DNA of 64,000 bases from Lama glama (taxonomy: Eukaryota): contig CM052832.1 in NCBI GenBank assembly GCA_028534125.1, positions 23,810,001-23,874,000 on the forward strand. The letters run 5' to 3'. The position numbers and the translations under genes were made by a program. The notes under the pieces were generated by a model. It did not search any database and had not been told where the DNA came from. It worked only from the letters and a program-made list of their open reading frames with translations. Below are positions 23,616 to 37,105 of this stretch, piece after piece. The stretch's first letter is position 1, and every line of letters starts with the position of its first letter.

Positions 23616-26600
23616 AAGAAATTCCTCTTCTGCCAATAAAGAATGAGATCTTGAAAGTATATATACATTTATGGGGTAGAGGAAGGAAGAAAAGTCAGAG
23701 AAAGAAATTAAATGAAATCTATCACTTAGAAAGAACAAAGTTCATTCCCAAGGGAAGGAGAAACTTTAAGAGTGACGGTCATTGATAAAAACTCTTCAAG
23801 GAGGTTGAGTGGAATGAGGACAGTTAGGAAGATACCATGGCAAAAGGAAAGTCTTTTTTTGGAAAATGATAAGAAAAGAAGACAGATGACAGGAGACTGA
23901 ACAGTGACAGAGAAGTGAGGACGTGAAATTAGGGAGGACAGAGTCTTCTAAAGACATCTGGCAGTGATGGGGAGGAAAGAGATGGTGTAGGTGGTCAAGG
24001 AAGTCATTTTTGTTTGTTTGTTTTAAAGCAGAGAGAAACTTGATTTGGTTTGCAGACTAAACAGAAGGAGTCAGTAGGGAGAGAAAGCAGGGAACGATAG
24101 ATAAATTTCCAAGGAAATTAGGAGGTCAAACAAATAAGGATACTTACCGTGCTACTAGACTGAAAAAAGAATTTGAATAAAATGCAATGAGGGGCCACTA
24201 GAGGACTGCAATAGACACTATTGAAAATAGTAAATTTATATCCCAAGCAACATGAAAAATACATGAGAAAAGTGGGGAAATTGCAGGAAGAAGTAAAACT
24301 GTAATTGCATTACAGTCTGTTCAAGAAGTGCCTGAACAAAAGACGGAGACAAAGCTGAACAAATAGAGACAAAACTGAAAACTGCAATAACTAAGGAAAA
24401 ACTAACAGGTATATTAGACAACCTAAGTGACAGAATTAAAAGTATTTTCTTTTCAATAAAAATAGGTCTCACACCAAAATCTATCACATTAGGGAAACAA
24501 AGTCACACATATTTAATAAGCATATACCTACAATATTAATAAACAATACCAGAAAAATAATATCACCTGGATTCTATTTAAGCAATACCATACAGGTAAA
24601 ATTTTTTTCTTATAAATAATATCAATAAAAAAGGCAAGCCATGGCCCAGCCCCTGTACCTTAAATTTCTTCTAGAATTTCATCTCTTGAATCTATCCTTT
24701 CACCCCAATTCTTCAGGAATTCTCCCCAGGCTTAGCCCCAAGGACATTGTGGGGGGAAGGGTGTGCTCTTTATAAAGGATGATTATTGTTGGATAGTCTT
24801 CTCCACTCTTTCTGCTTTATAAATGCAAATTGTGTTTTATATACAGGGGCCAAAATTTATTAGCAAACAATAAAAAATTAAGATACAGGTCATAAGAATT
24901 TATGATTAACCAAAAGTAACTTAAAAATAGGAGAATGCCTAATCAATCATGTCAATATAATTACTGAATACAGTATGTCTATTAAAGTTACAAATATATG
25001 AATTTGGTTGACATGGGAAAATGTGAATATTTAGTTATGTTATATGCAAGGAGTGGAAAAGGTACTTTGATACAGAACTGAGGAGAATGTGAATAATGTA
25101 AGTCATTCGAGCATGATGTCCATTACATTATTTCCTTTAGAATTTCTTAAATTCCCTTTTTTTAAACAAAAGAAAAAATCAGGAACAAAATGGAACAATG
25201 TTCATCCTCTTTGAAGAGCCAAGAAAATGAGCAGATCATAGAAAATTTCAGCAAAAGTACTCTTTTTAAATGAGATAAATCTATCTTGAAGTCCCATCAG
25301 CTGTAAAATAAATGTTCCACGTAGAAAAATAAACACACAAGGTTAAAACCACATAAAACATTTCAGAGCAATAAAAAGCTCAGTGGTGAAATCTGTGGTG
25401 ACACCCACAAATTGGGAGACCTTTTAAGCCAGTTATCTTGGTGTTCAAGTAGAAAGAACAACATTTAATTAGCACTTAAAGAAAATAAAAAGGAACAAAA
25501 AAAGCCAAATGAAAAAGACACAAAGGTGATATATTCATGCTCAAAATTGGAAAGCCTTGGTTTTCCATGTTTTGGCTTTTCTGGAGGGATACCAGACAAG
25601 TAAACTTTCTGTGCTTTATTCCTTATCTATATGGGAATAATGATTTTTTTTATAACCAACTGATAGGCCAGGAGACAATTATGCTAAGTAAGGTCTTTCA
25701 TGATGGTCTTGTTGAGTATGAATCGCCTTTTTGCTAGAGAAGATTTATCCCATAAGTATGGAGAAAAGTCTCTCCTCTTCCAGACTCACTGAGATTCTCT
25801 TACTGTAAAAAGTGATTGGGATTGACTTTCCACAAACACAAAGACAAGGGAAGGCTCCCAGATATTCATTTAATAAGTGATCTGGGGAGAAGGTCTTAAT
25901 CATCCTGAATGTCTGGGGTTCTGTTGGTTTTAGATGGTTAATTCACTCAGTCTCTCACTGAGCACCTCTGGTGGGCACTGGACACAGGGCTGGGCATTCA
26001 TTGCTCAGAAGTACTGAATAATCACAATCTATTTTATTAATCCCTCTCTGGTACTTACTGGCAGTAATTTAAGTGATTACTCACAACTTAAGTCAACAAC
26101 CAAATTGATTTGGTGCCAGAGACAACCTAAGAGCATAAAGAGTCAATCAATCCAGGGAAAACAACAAAGTTTAGGGTAACCTGACTCAAAATAAAGATAT
26201 TAGTAACAAGTCAAAGGAAATTAAAGTGGTTTGACGACATGTTGTAACAGCCCAGGCAGCCCTGTATTTCACAACTTCATTCCTTCACTGCTGCCTTCTT
26301 ACTAATTAACACCTACTCCCTAACACTTACCTTCTGGGCCTTGGGGGCTACCAAGGATGGAGAAGGACATGAAGGAGAAAGTAAGAACAAAGTGGCTCAG
26401 AGAAGTCCTGTGCCAAAAAGCTCCCAGGTACACAGCCCATGCCTGGCTTACGACCTCCTCCCTCCCTTCTGATTGATCAAACCAGGGATATGCTTACCCT
26501 CCTCTGCCCTCTTTCCTCACATTTCTCCCAATGATCTTTGACTCAGTGAAGAGGGGACCTCAATCTATACCAAACACACTGTCAAATATCAACAAAGAAA

Positions 26601-29600
26601 AAGTTGGCTGGGAAGACCAGGGCCAAAAGTACCATCCCAAACTCCCTCCTTGGGAAGCTCTCTGAATGCTGTGATTCTTTCATTGCTATTTTTGAAAAGG
26701 ATAATTCCACCTCATGTACAGTATTAGACAATTATTACAGAGTGATTCTGAATGTCTCTGGTCAGGCCAGAGAAATCCTGTCCAAAGAGGAAAAGAAAAG
26801 GCAAGAGTTCTCATTTTCCCAGAAAAAAATATTTTAAAGATATGAATCACCCAGTACATCTCTACAAAAAGATCCTTCAAATTATAAAAAAAAGTCAAGC
26901 AAAATTATTATTGATGAATATTTACCACAGCCATCATCAGTTTCAGGTAGGTAAGTTGTGATATAGATGCTTTCTGAGGCACGTGCAGTTAGAATTCATT
27001 AGACACTCCTAACTCCAGGGAACAGTGCATAACCACTTTATAGGACTTGGAGCCACATTTCCCCATTTTAAATAATTATAACATTTTAGTTGCATCTTGG
27101 TTTTTACGACATGTAGTTTGCCCTTTCTGTGTTTCATTTGTTGTCAGGTTGGTAAAATATGAAGTTTCAAATTAAATCCCTGTTCCTATGGGAAAACAAA
27201 ATCCAACTGATGACTTTCCAGGAGGAATCCTGAACACACTCAACTGTAGGATATTCAGGCAAAGAAGACGATGGGACGCCTGTTGTTTGAATCACTTAAA
27301 TTCGATGTGGGTGATGTGCTGCCCATCGTCCTACGTAGAGAATCCAACTGGACAAAGGTGGGATAAAGCCTGACGTTCTCGCGCACCGCACTTGCCGGGG
27401 TTCTCACTGCGAAATTACCAGCTTCAGATGACGGACGCTGGACGCTCGCGACAACTTCACAGTCTCAAGAAAGTACCATTCTTCACAGTTTACGTGAAAA
27501 GGCTACACGGGGAGGAATCCATCTAATTGGGACATTTTTCAGCAGCACTGAAATATCAGGCCAGCTGGATCTCCATAGCCTGTGTGAATTTAATCCGCAC
27601 ACTCTTCCCAGAACCTATATTCCATAGTCATTGAATTCATGAGTTACATCTGTCACCCAAATCTGGCTGGGATCATTTCTTGTCATTTGCTCCACACATC
27701 CAGCAATGAAACATTCTGTGGTAGCCTCAGACGCACTCGTTTTGGAAAAGCGTGCGTAAGAAAAATGGCATCTTTGAAAAGAAATGCCTTACTAAAACCA
27801 TACCACGTCTTCTTCTAACCTGCCCTTTTCCAAATTCCCATAAGGAATACTTTTTCCAGGTTAATTCTATGGCGCTGATCCATGACTTACGTTTTACCAG
27901 TCGTATCCTCCACTGATATCTCAATTAGTACCAAATGCACCAAATACACCTCCAAATGGCAAGTTATTTTTTTTAAAGATAACAATATCACTAAACAAAA
28001 ATGTCACCTCATTCTGTTCCTTTCCTGTGCCGCTGGAAACAGTAAACCCAGCCCCTATTCCTCAAACCAACCAAAAGTGTCAGGAGCTGGAGCCTGTCTT
28101 CTTATCAAATTTGGCATCAAATAAAATACAGTTAAGACCACAGTGTGTCATGAAAGCAAAGACACGTCAACTATAAAGATTCTTGAAGCTCTTAGAATCT
28201 TGTTGAGGGGATGGAAAATATGCATAAAAAATAACAGTGGAATGTTTCTGAAATAACATGTAAACAGGTCACTTCATCAGAACTATAAAGGCAGTGAGGA
28301 GGTTCAAAGCTATGAGACCATCAGAAATCATGCTTAATGTGCTCCTTACTCGAGGAGAGTGGGTGGGAAAGTTCGAATGGGGGTCACGGTGGCAGCTTGA
28401 GGGTGGTAATGGTGAAGGCACGTGCAAAGTACAGGAATCTATGAATCACGACAAACATCAGCCTGACCCTATTTTTCCAGTGTGTTCTCGTACAAATGAG
28501 ATAATGGGAGAAGCAGAAATGCCAAATGCTGTGACTGCTATAAAGTAGGCATTCAATAAATGTTTGGTTTAAAAAAAAGCCCCGAGAAATAAATTAATAG
28601 AGTTGAGGAAATTAAAGAGGGCTGGAGTATGTAAGGTGAACAGGGCTTAACAAAGATCTGAAGTAACGACTCAACAGGCAAATTTATCTAATAAGCGATT
28701 CCAGATATAGAAACACTAATCCTCACAGCAGTTAATCCACCGAAACCTGACAAGAACATTCTTTTTTTTTTTTTTCTGTTTAGTTTATGAAAAGAAGTAA
28801 TCATCAAAGAAGTACGTTCTCCAGGGGTTTGCTGCTAGAAACCTAAATTTTAAGCTGCACTGGGGGAAGCAACGTAGAAAATAGAGGGGAAGAAGCGTGT
28901 GTGTTTTCTTCTCCTGGTTAGTGTGGGAAATGTATCTTCATTAAGAGAAGCTGCTGTCAGTAAGACGCTCTCTTGTTCAACTCAGGAGAGGGGCTGGACG
29001 ATGTAAAGTGGTGAATTTGGGTCTTTATTACTCTGGCAGTGTTGACGTGTTCATGCTCCAAATTTATGTTTTAAAATCTCTGGAAGGCGTAATGCATTTC
29101 AATTAGCTAGGATATACAGTAGTTTGTCTTCTTCCAAAAACAATTACGTAAAATTTACTCTGGATTATTTGTAATTTTAGTACTTAGGGAAGTGTCTGCA
29201 TTTTCAATTAAGAGCTAAGTATACAAATTAAAAGTACTGCACAGTGAAACTCAGATCTAGCCCTCACTAGTTGGGTGCACATAAACACTAATATCAAATG
29301 ATGGTTTCATCATGTGATCCCTCCCGCAGCACATACAAATATAGAACATGACCATAAAAAGTAACGGACCGTGCCCTCTGCTAAGTAATTTATGACAGCG
29401 GATCCAGACTGGAATGCCAGCTGGAATTACCTTCTCCCCGTCTGCTATTTTCGCATATACAGCTTTGTACAGATGATAGAAGCTACATTTTGCAAAGAGG
29501 ACTCAGGTTAAGGCTGATGAAATGATGAACAAGTAGCAAATCTGAAAGCTAAAATATGTTTGGCTTTTAAAAAGCTTTGTTGAATGACTCTGTAACCTCT

Positions 29601-31659
29601 TTTTAAATTAATTTTTGATTCAGGCCATCAGAGCAAAACCTGTAACCCTCCCAATTTTTAAAGATCAGATTGATAGTATCTAGCAAGCGTATTATTTAGC
29701 TTCACCTTGGAGAATGAGAAATAGTTGATAATTATTTTATTTAAAATACAACATGATCCCAACCCTTGACTAAATGGAGTACGAAAAATTTCCTAGCCAC
29801 ATACACAACAGTTTCTAACCTTTATGGAGAATTTGCCATCAAGGCAGTCTGCAATGGTAACAAAGTTAGTATGAAACAGTTGATGAAACAAAGGATATTA
29901 TCCTTCTTTATTAACCTTTACCCCTCAGATAATCCCCGAAATCCCCTGTGTATGATAACCACCTCACTTCCTTTGGGCAGCCATTCATTATCTAATTCAT
30001 GTCTTACACAAAGAGAAATGAGCTAATGTGCCTTATCAGATTAAAAAAAAAAAAAGTCACCATGAGTGATGTCCAACAGGACAGGATCTTAGCAAATCCC
30101 TTCTGCCTCCATAGGCCTGGGTTTCTAAATACCTATAAAGCTACTAACCCTCGGTCACAGCCCACAGGCTCATTCACAGCTTTATGTTGCTAAAGCAAAC
30201 AGTCTGGGCAGAAGAATGACAGAATTACTCTCCTTTCTGATTATCCTCCTCTCTGCATCCTGATAAACCAACGATTAGCTTTCCTGTTGGGATTCAGCCC
30301 TGACTGGCTAGCTTCGGGCTGTCAACTCAAGCAGACCCTGATGATATCACACAACCCTCTTCCTCTCCTTCCTTCCCGGGTGCTTTATTCTTCATTAACC
30401 AGCATCTACATCCAGCCTTCACATGCCAGCCAGGGAATAATTAACAAGGTAATTTTCTGGTCCTGGAAAGGCTCATATGAAAAGCGGAGGCTTCTTTTTG
30501 CCTTGCTTCTCTACCTACAGCATGAAATGCTACTCAGAAAGCAAAATAATTCAATCCTGTGGGTATCAGCAGTTAATCTGTTTTTACCTGCTCTTCATAG
30601 ATTGTATTTGAGCAGACATTTTCGTTAGCCTTAAACCAACACTTTGGAAATTAAAAGCGTATATTGCCTTTGGGTGCTTTTGAGTTGGTTGTGGAAAGAA
30701 TCACCTACTTAGCAACATCAATAAGAGTCGAAACTTATGCATATTTATGAGGTGAGACTATAGAGTTAATTGGGAAAAGGCCACAAAGTGAGTCACTGGT
30801 TAGATTCTAAAGTGCTACTTCTTTTTGAAACTCTGTCCGCCCCGACCACTGGGAAATACAACTGCTAAATGAAAACATAACCAAGCATGACACCAAAGAT
30901 GAAAACTTGTTACCTTTTATTTCTCTTGTAGTTCTTTTTCCTGTTTTCTAGGTAAATGTAGAATTACATATTTTAAAATCCACGAAAAATACTTGCTCAG
31001 CACATACACTTAATAGCAGTTACTCAACAGAATATTTTCTTGATATTTTTGTATGAAGACAAAAAGCTTTAAGGTAGTATTTGAAAGGAGGCATTTTATT
31101 TTACATTGGGGCCAGAATTACTTTACTATATCACGTTATTTGACGTATGCCCCTTAACAACAGAACTTAGCAGCCCTAATGATGGCCAAATCTTTCAAAA
31201 AGATTCAGCAATCCTGACTGAGCTATGCTGTGACACTTTCTGGGCATGGACTTACGGAATACTTGGGAGTCTGGCTTCGTTCATTCGTTTGCTTTTCCTT
31301 TACAATTTCCAGAACTGCCACTAGCACCACCTAATTTCCCAAGGCACGCTCCCAGATCAAAGCCACATGACTAATTTGCTTGGCATTTAAAAATACTGGA
31401 CAATAATTTGACACCTTATGGTAAAACATTACAGAGGCAAAAAAGGACGGACTCATTCTAATTAAAAGAAACTTTGAGATCTCTATACACATGTATCTCT
31501 ATCTCTATATATACCCAAGCACAACAGAAATTAATTCAACCGTTAGACTTGAAAGTTTTCTTGTCTTTCCTTAGATGGTTACCGGGGGGATTAGCCCAGA
31601 AAAACCCACATGAGTGTTTACAAAGATGATATATTTCCACTGAGATAGACCACATTTTA

Positions 31660-32105
31660 GCCAAGACAAGTTACCCACCCTGGCAGATTGGCTAGATACT
31701 CATCAAATCTGTGAATTTCTCCTTCTTGACATAAAGGTTGATTAAATCTCCCAGCCTCCCTTGCAGCTAGGAGTGTCCCTAAGACTAGTAAAGGAAGACA
31801 TGACACATGCCACTTCCAGGTCTAGCCTGTAAAACCTTCTCAGAAATGATCCTGCATTCTCTTTCCCAGTTCAAAGAATGGCTGAGGACTAGAAGAGGTA
31901 GGGGCTGCAAACTAGAAGAAGCCTGGGTCCCTGAACGACCATACAGAAGACTGTCAACCAAAAACACAGGAGCAAAAAGCAAAACAAAAAACAAAACACC
32001 AGAGCAGATCTTAGGTGAGCAGGAAAAAAAAATGTCTACTATGCTAAGCCATTGTGAACTGGGGACTTTTTCCTAAAGCAGTTGGACTGCCCTGACTAAT
32101 ACTGA
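31660..32105 (+). mobile_element. Old MaLR LTR (MLT1H/I/J-like)
   Basis: 'tcccagcctcccttgcagctagg', 'gaagcctgggtccctga', 'taagccattg..ctggggact...ctgactaatac'. Confidence 0.55.
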
Positions 32106-33035
32106 ACTCTCTGACTTGGCCACTGACCTTTGCATGCTTTTCCTCATTCAGTCCTCACAATAACTCTACAAGGTAGGAACTAATATCCCTATTTAAAAAT
32201 AAGGAAACATGGGCTAAGAGAGTTTAACTGCCTCCCCCTAACTCAGTGACTTGACAAGGTGATTTGGTCGGAGTGGCTCTGTGGGAATGTCTTATGGACT
32301 TTACTGGGTTAACTTCCCAGTAGTCACCCAGAGAAAGATAAAAGACTCAAATTTAGGAGACACAGATTAATTTGCTTTTCTTCCATTTGGATTAGCAAAG
32401 CTAATGCCTAGAAGATCTGGGATTCAAATCCAGGTGGGCCCAAGTCCAGAGTTTCTACTGTTGACCACCCTCTCAAATTAGTATATTTTATAAAAATCTC
32501 AAGCATATGGGTATAAGCTCTAGATCTATCAATTCACCTAGGTAATTAGCTGGAGTCCTAAGGTTAACACTACTAGGTTTCTTGCTTAGTTTAAGATTAA
32601 TAAATTATCAACAAATTGGGTTACTGCTCCATGCCTAGAAAAGCTTTACTGAGCAAGTGCTCTGAGCAGAGCACTGTGCCAGGCATGTCTGTCACTAGAC
32701 CAAGGGATGGACACAGGAGTCTCTCATCTTCCTTTCCCTTCTAATTTCTCACACTGTTTAAACAATGAAAGGACAAAGAATTAGTTTTAGACTCCTGCTA
32801 GATGCACAGGAAGGCACTATTTCCTTTGAAAGCATAAGCCCAAATAAAGACTGAAAAGGAGGGAGGGTAGAAAACACACTCTCTCTCACTTCTGACAGAA
32901 CAAAAAAATCAGACTTCCTAGTCCTTTTAATAGAAGAAAATCCACAGGCCCGTCAACGACCATAAATCATCTTTCCTGAAGTTGGAAAGTTAGGGTTAAC
33001 TTTTTTCTCTGTGTACTGATATATGTTAATTTCAT

Positions 33036-33040
<5 letters not shown>

Positions 33041-33071
<31 letters not shown>
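33041..33071. repeat. (CA)n microsatellite
   Basis: Directly visible. Confidence 0.95.
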
Positions 33072-33073
<2 letters not shown>

Positions 33074-33474
33074 TTTCATTGTCAGGTCTTAGCAGTATAA
33101 GACATGTTGGAGAAAATACAAAAAGTGTGCACGGGAGGCCTTCTGTTCTGTGCTTAGGGAAGGGATTGAGTAGGGTACCAGCCAGGTAAGTCATGGTTCT
33201 TTCCTCCATCTGAGACTCAGTGGTGCACTGATGCCACCTCTTCTCCCACCTCAATCACAGAAAAGACAGGCTAGGGCTGTATCACATTGTGATTTCCTAG
33301 TTTCACTGTTGCCTTTTGCAAAGGGAAGAAAATCAGGGATTGAGAAAGCCAAGGAGGGAAAACGCATCCGTAGTGGAACACAGAACACCTCTATCCCTAC
33401 AAAGCTGCTCGCCTCGGCTATATGGGAGCTCCTCATTTCCCAGGAGGGAAGTGACCCAGCCGTCCAGGGTGGGG

Positions 33475-33648
33475 GTTGGCAGCTCCGGCTGCCAATTAGA
33501 ATCACTGTGGAGCCCATTAAATTCTCAAGGCCAAGACCACTCCTCAGACCAATTCAACCAGAACCTCTTGGAGTGAGATACAGGTGCTGGTATTTAAAAA
33601 ATTTTCCAAGTGTTTCCACTGCATGGGAGGGACTGGGAGCCACTGCTT
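33475..33648. mobile_element. MER5-like hAT-Charlie relic
   Basis: 'ggctgccaattagaatcactgtggagc...agaccaattcaaccagaacctct...ttccaagtgtttcc...gggagccactgct'. Confidence 0.6.
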
Positions 33649-34390
33649 CAGGCAGGGTCTAAGGTCCCAGGTTTTGGGTCTTTGCAGCGCTGAGCTTCAT
33701 CCCCTGAAAGTCAAATCCTAGCTTCCCAGGATTCTCTGCTCAACTTTTTCAACTTCAGCAGTTTGTTTTAGAATTTACAATGAGCTATTCAATCTAAGGT
33801 ATTGTGTTATAATGAATATTCAGTTATCTTTTATGTTGATATGGTTGTTACCAAACTTCAGATGCAGAATGTTTATTCAAAACAACAATTCTTATTTTCT
33901 CTTATTTAACAAGGTATGCTGGTAGTATTTTTAATGAAGAATTTCACTCATTGCACGCTGACTTAGCCTATCAGCGCTACTTACAATAGGAACTAATTAA
34001 ATTCATGCATAGAACTTACAGATGATGATAGATGAACAGTTTTGGATAACAAAGAAGCACAAAGTATGAACTAAAAATCAGTAGTAAATACTTCCTTGAT
34101 TATAAAATGGTTGTGAGACCAGTAAAAAAAAAAATTGTATACAGATGACATAAATAAATTGACCTTTTAAACTGGTGATGTCAATTGTTACAGTATGAAT
34201 TTGGCCATAATAAGATTATGAAGACAGAAGAAAGGTTTCATACTATGACCTGGATTAGAGAGACAACCTGCAGTGCTGTGCGTCTCACTTTCAGGATGTC
34301 TCTCACAGTAACCGGTTCTGTTGCTTCCTTGTTTTCTAAGTCACACCCCCCATTCCCCAGGCAGCCCTGGCTCTTAGGATACACTCTTAC

Positions 34391-34468
34391 CTCTTGGGGT
34401 TGTTGGTACTGAGAAGCCATCAGAAGGAAAGCTCGCTGGGCCTGGAAAGCACTATGCACCATTTCTGC
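34391..34468 (-). CDS. CAP2: CAP2 third coding exon: AEMVHSAFQAQRAFLLMASQYQQPQE
   Basis: Acceptor cttgttctttgttcacAG|GCA GAA ATG. Donor CAA GAG|GTAAGA. 78 nt, phase 0/0, cumulative 300 nt. The peptide is the recognised CAP2 continuation. Confidence 0.97.
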
Positions 34469-34514
34469 CTGTGAACAAAGAACAAGAGGGAAGCTTAATT
34501 GTTTGATCTTCTAA

Positions 34515-35092
34515 ATGGAGAGTTATCATGTGATCCAGCAATTCCATCTCTAGGTAGATACCTAAGAAAAATGAAAACGCATGTCCACACAAAAACTTGT
34601 CAATATGCGCACAGCAGCATTATTCATAACAGCCAGGATGTAGAAACAACTAGAACATCCATCAACTGATGAATGGATAAACAAAATGTGATATATCCAT
34701 ACAATGGAATATTATTCAGCATTCAAAACAAATGGAGTGCTGATATATGCTACAACATGGGAGAACCTTGAAAACATTATGCTGAGTGAATGAAGCCGAT
34801 CACAAAAGACCACATTTGTATGATTCCATTTATATGAAATGCCCAGAACAAGCAAATCTACAGAGACAGAAAGTAGATTAGTGGTTGCCAGGGGCTGGTG
34901 GGAGGGAGGAATGGGCAGCGACTGCTAATGAGTTTGGAGTTTCTTTTGGGGGTGATGAAAATGTTCTGGAATTAGAGACAGTGGTGATGTTTTCACAACT
35001 TGGTGAATATACTAAAGATCACTGAATTGAACACTTTATAAATAGTGAATGTTATGATATGTGAATTATATCTCCACAAAGCTGTTAAAAAA
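34515..35092 (+). mobile_element. L1MB-type LINE-1 3' end
   Basis: 'gatccagcaattcc', 'catcaactgatgaatggataaacaaaatgtg', 'gacagaaagtagattagtggttgccagggg', 'gtgaattatatctc...aaagctgttaaaaa'. Confidence 0.85.
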
Positions 35093-35543
35093 TGTTTAAG
35101 CCCCAAAGTGCAACTATTTTCCAAAGGGTGTTTCTCCTGTTCTTTCATGCTCCAATCTGTTCCACACCTTCAAGTGGAAAGAAAACTGTCCCTTAAGCCA
35201 CCCCCCATAAAGATATGATCACCGAGAGCTAGTGGATCCTGCAACTGTCCAGTAAGATGGATCCAGAGGAGATTTTAGTGCTACCTGGACTCAACCCCCA
35301 AAAAAGGAGTCAAGCAGGTAGGACTGTCTTCAAACATATGCTAACATATTCTCTTATCTTCACCTTCTACCCACTCTTAACTAATGAGTTAATTAATTTT
35401 TTAAACTGAAAAAGCTATAGAGGAATACCAAGAAGAAAATAATTCCAAATATTTATATCTCACACAATTAGTCATTTCTGGCATCTTTTTCTAGTTTTTA
35501 AGGAGATTCACACAGTTCTTTTCATAAAACAAAGCTTAATGAG

Positions 35544-35862
35544 GGTGGAAAGGGATAGACTGGGATTTCAAAATTGTAGAATAGATAAACAAGATTACAC
35601 TGTATAGCACAGGGAAATATACACAAAATGTTATGATAAATCACAGAGAAAAAAATGTGACAATGAGTGTGTATATGTCCATGAATGTCTGAAAAATTGT
35701 GCTGAACACTGGAATTTGACACAACACTGTAAAATGATTATGAATCAATAAAAAANNNNNNNNNNNNNNNNNNNNNNNNNNNNNNNNNNNNNNNNNNNNN
35801 NNNNNNNNNNNNNNNNNNNNNNNNNNNNNNNNNNNNNNNNNNNNNNNNNNNNNNNCCCAAAA
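35544..35862 (+). mobile_element. Very young camelid-type L1 3' end with perfect 18-bp TSD; tail in an assembly gap
   Basis: Same 3'UTR as the 23471-23615 copy. TSD aaaacaaagcttaatgag at 35526-35543 and 35863-35880. Confidence 0.9.
35756..35855. other. Assembly gap (100 N)
   Basis: Run of n. Confidence 1.
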
Positions 35863-36299
35863 AAAACAAAGCTTAATGAGTTAGGATAATTTTTTAAATG
35901 CCAAAAGTTACAAAGATAAAAGTTTTTTAAAAGTGCCTCATGACCTAGAAATAATCACTATTACATTACATGAACATCAATGTAGCCACCCTTTAAGATA
36001 TATATGCAGAGAGACTTTGGTAAAATGAACCATACCCTAGGTGCTGTTTTTTTAAAATAAAAAGTATCAATTTTAATTACAATTGAATATTAAAGATGAA
36101 AGAGAAAAGACTGATAAACTTCAAATAAAATTTTTGCACTATAATAATTATTATGCCCTAAATGATCATTCTAAGGTTAAAAAATATAAACTATTAAGAT
36201 ATTAGAATAATAATATGTTTACACTTTAAAATACATGATATAATTTTATACAATATTGACTGACTCCTTGCTAAAGATGAGAACATTAGTACTTTCCCA

Positions 36300-37040
36300 C
36301 TTCTTTCTATCTCTGGTCCCTATCTTCTACATTTTTCATACTTTTTAGTTATTTTTACTGTAACATTAATTCCCAGAGCTGTTTAGAATTAATTCTACAT
36401 TGAAACATACCCAGTGGTTCTCACCAGTTGTTTTACCATGACTTCTCCATTTCTGAGTTATTTTGATACTTTTATTGGTTGGACTCCTAGTATCAAGTAT
36501 TTTCTTCAAAAAGGTCTCAAAGTTGCTTAAGTTCTTTAGGTTCAAACACATCTCCTTGTCATCTACATATTTTAACAAAATCTTGGCTGGACACAACATC
36601 CCTAGGTCTCTCCCTCACCATTTTCAGATAGCACAGCAGTGACTGTGGCAGTGGATAAATCTAAGCCAGCTTAGTCTTTTGTCCCCCTTTGGAGGAAACT
36701 GACTTTTTCTATTTTGACACCTGAAGAATTATTTCTTTATCCGTGGAGTTTAACAGCTTAACTAAGTTATGTTTGGATTTTGAGTATTCTGTGTTATACT
36801 TCTTGGAATAGATTTGGTTCTTTTTTCATTTCTGGAAAATTTTCTTATATTATTGTATCTTTCAAAATATTTTTTGTTCCATTTGTTAGAATCTCTACTC
36901 AAGGAGTCTAATTATCCTCATATTGTATAATGTTTAAATGTTTTCATATCTTTTATTTTTATTTAAAAATTTTGAATTGAAGTATAGTCAGTTACAATGT
37001 GTCAATTTCTGGTGTACAGCATAATGTCCCAGTCATGTGT

Positions 37041-37105
<65 letters not shown>

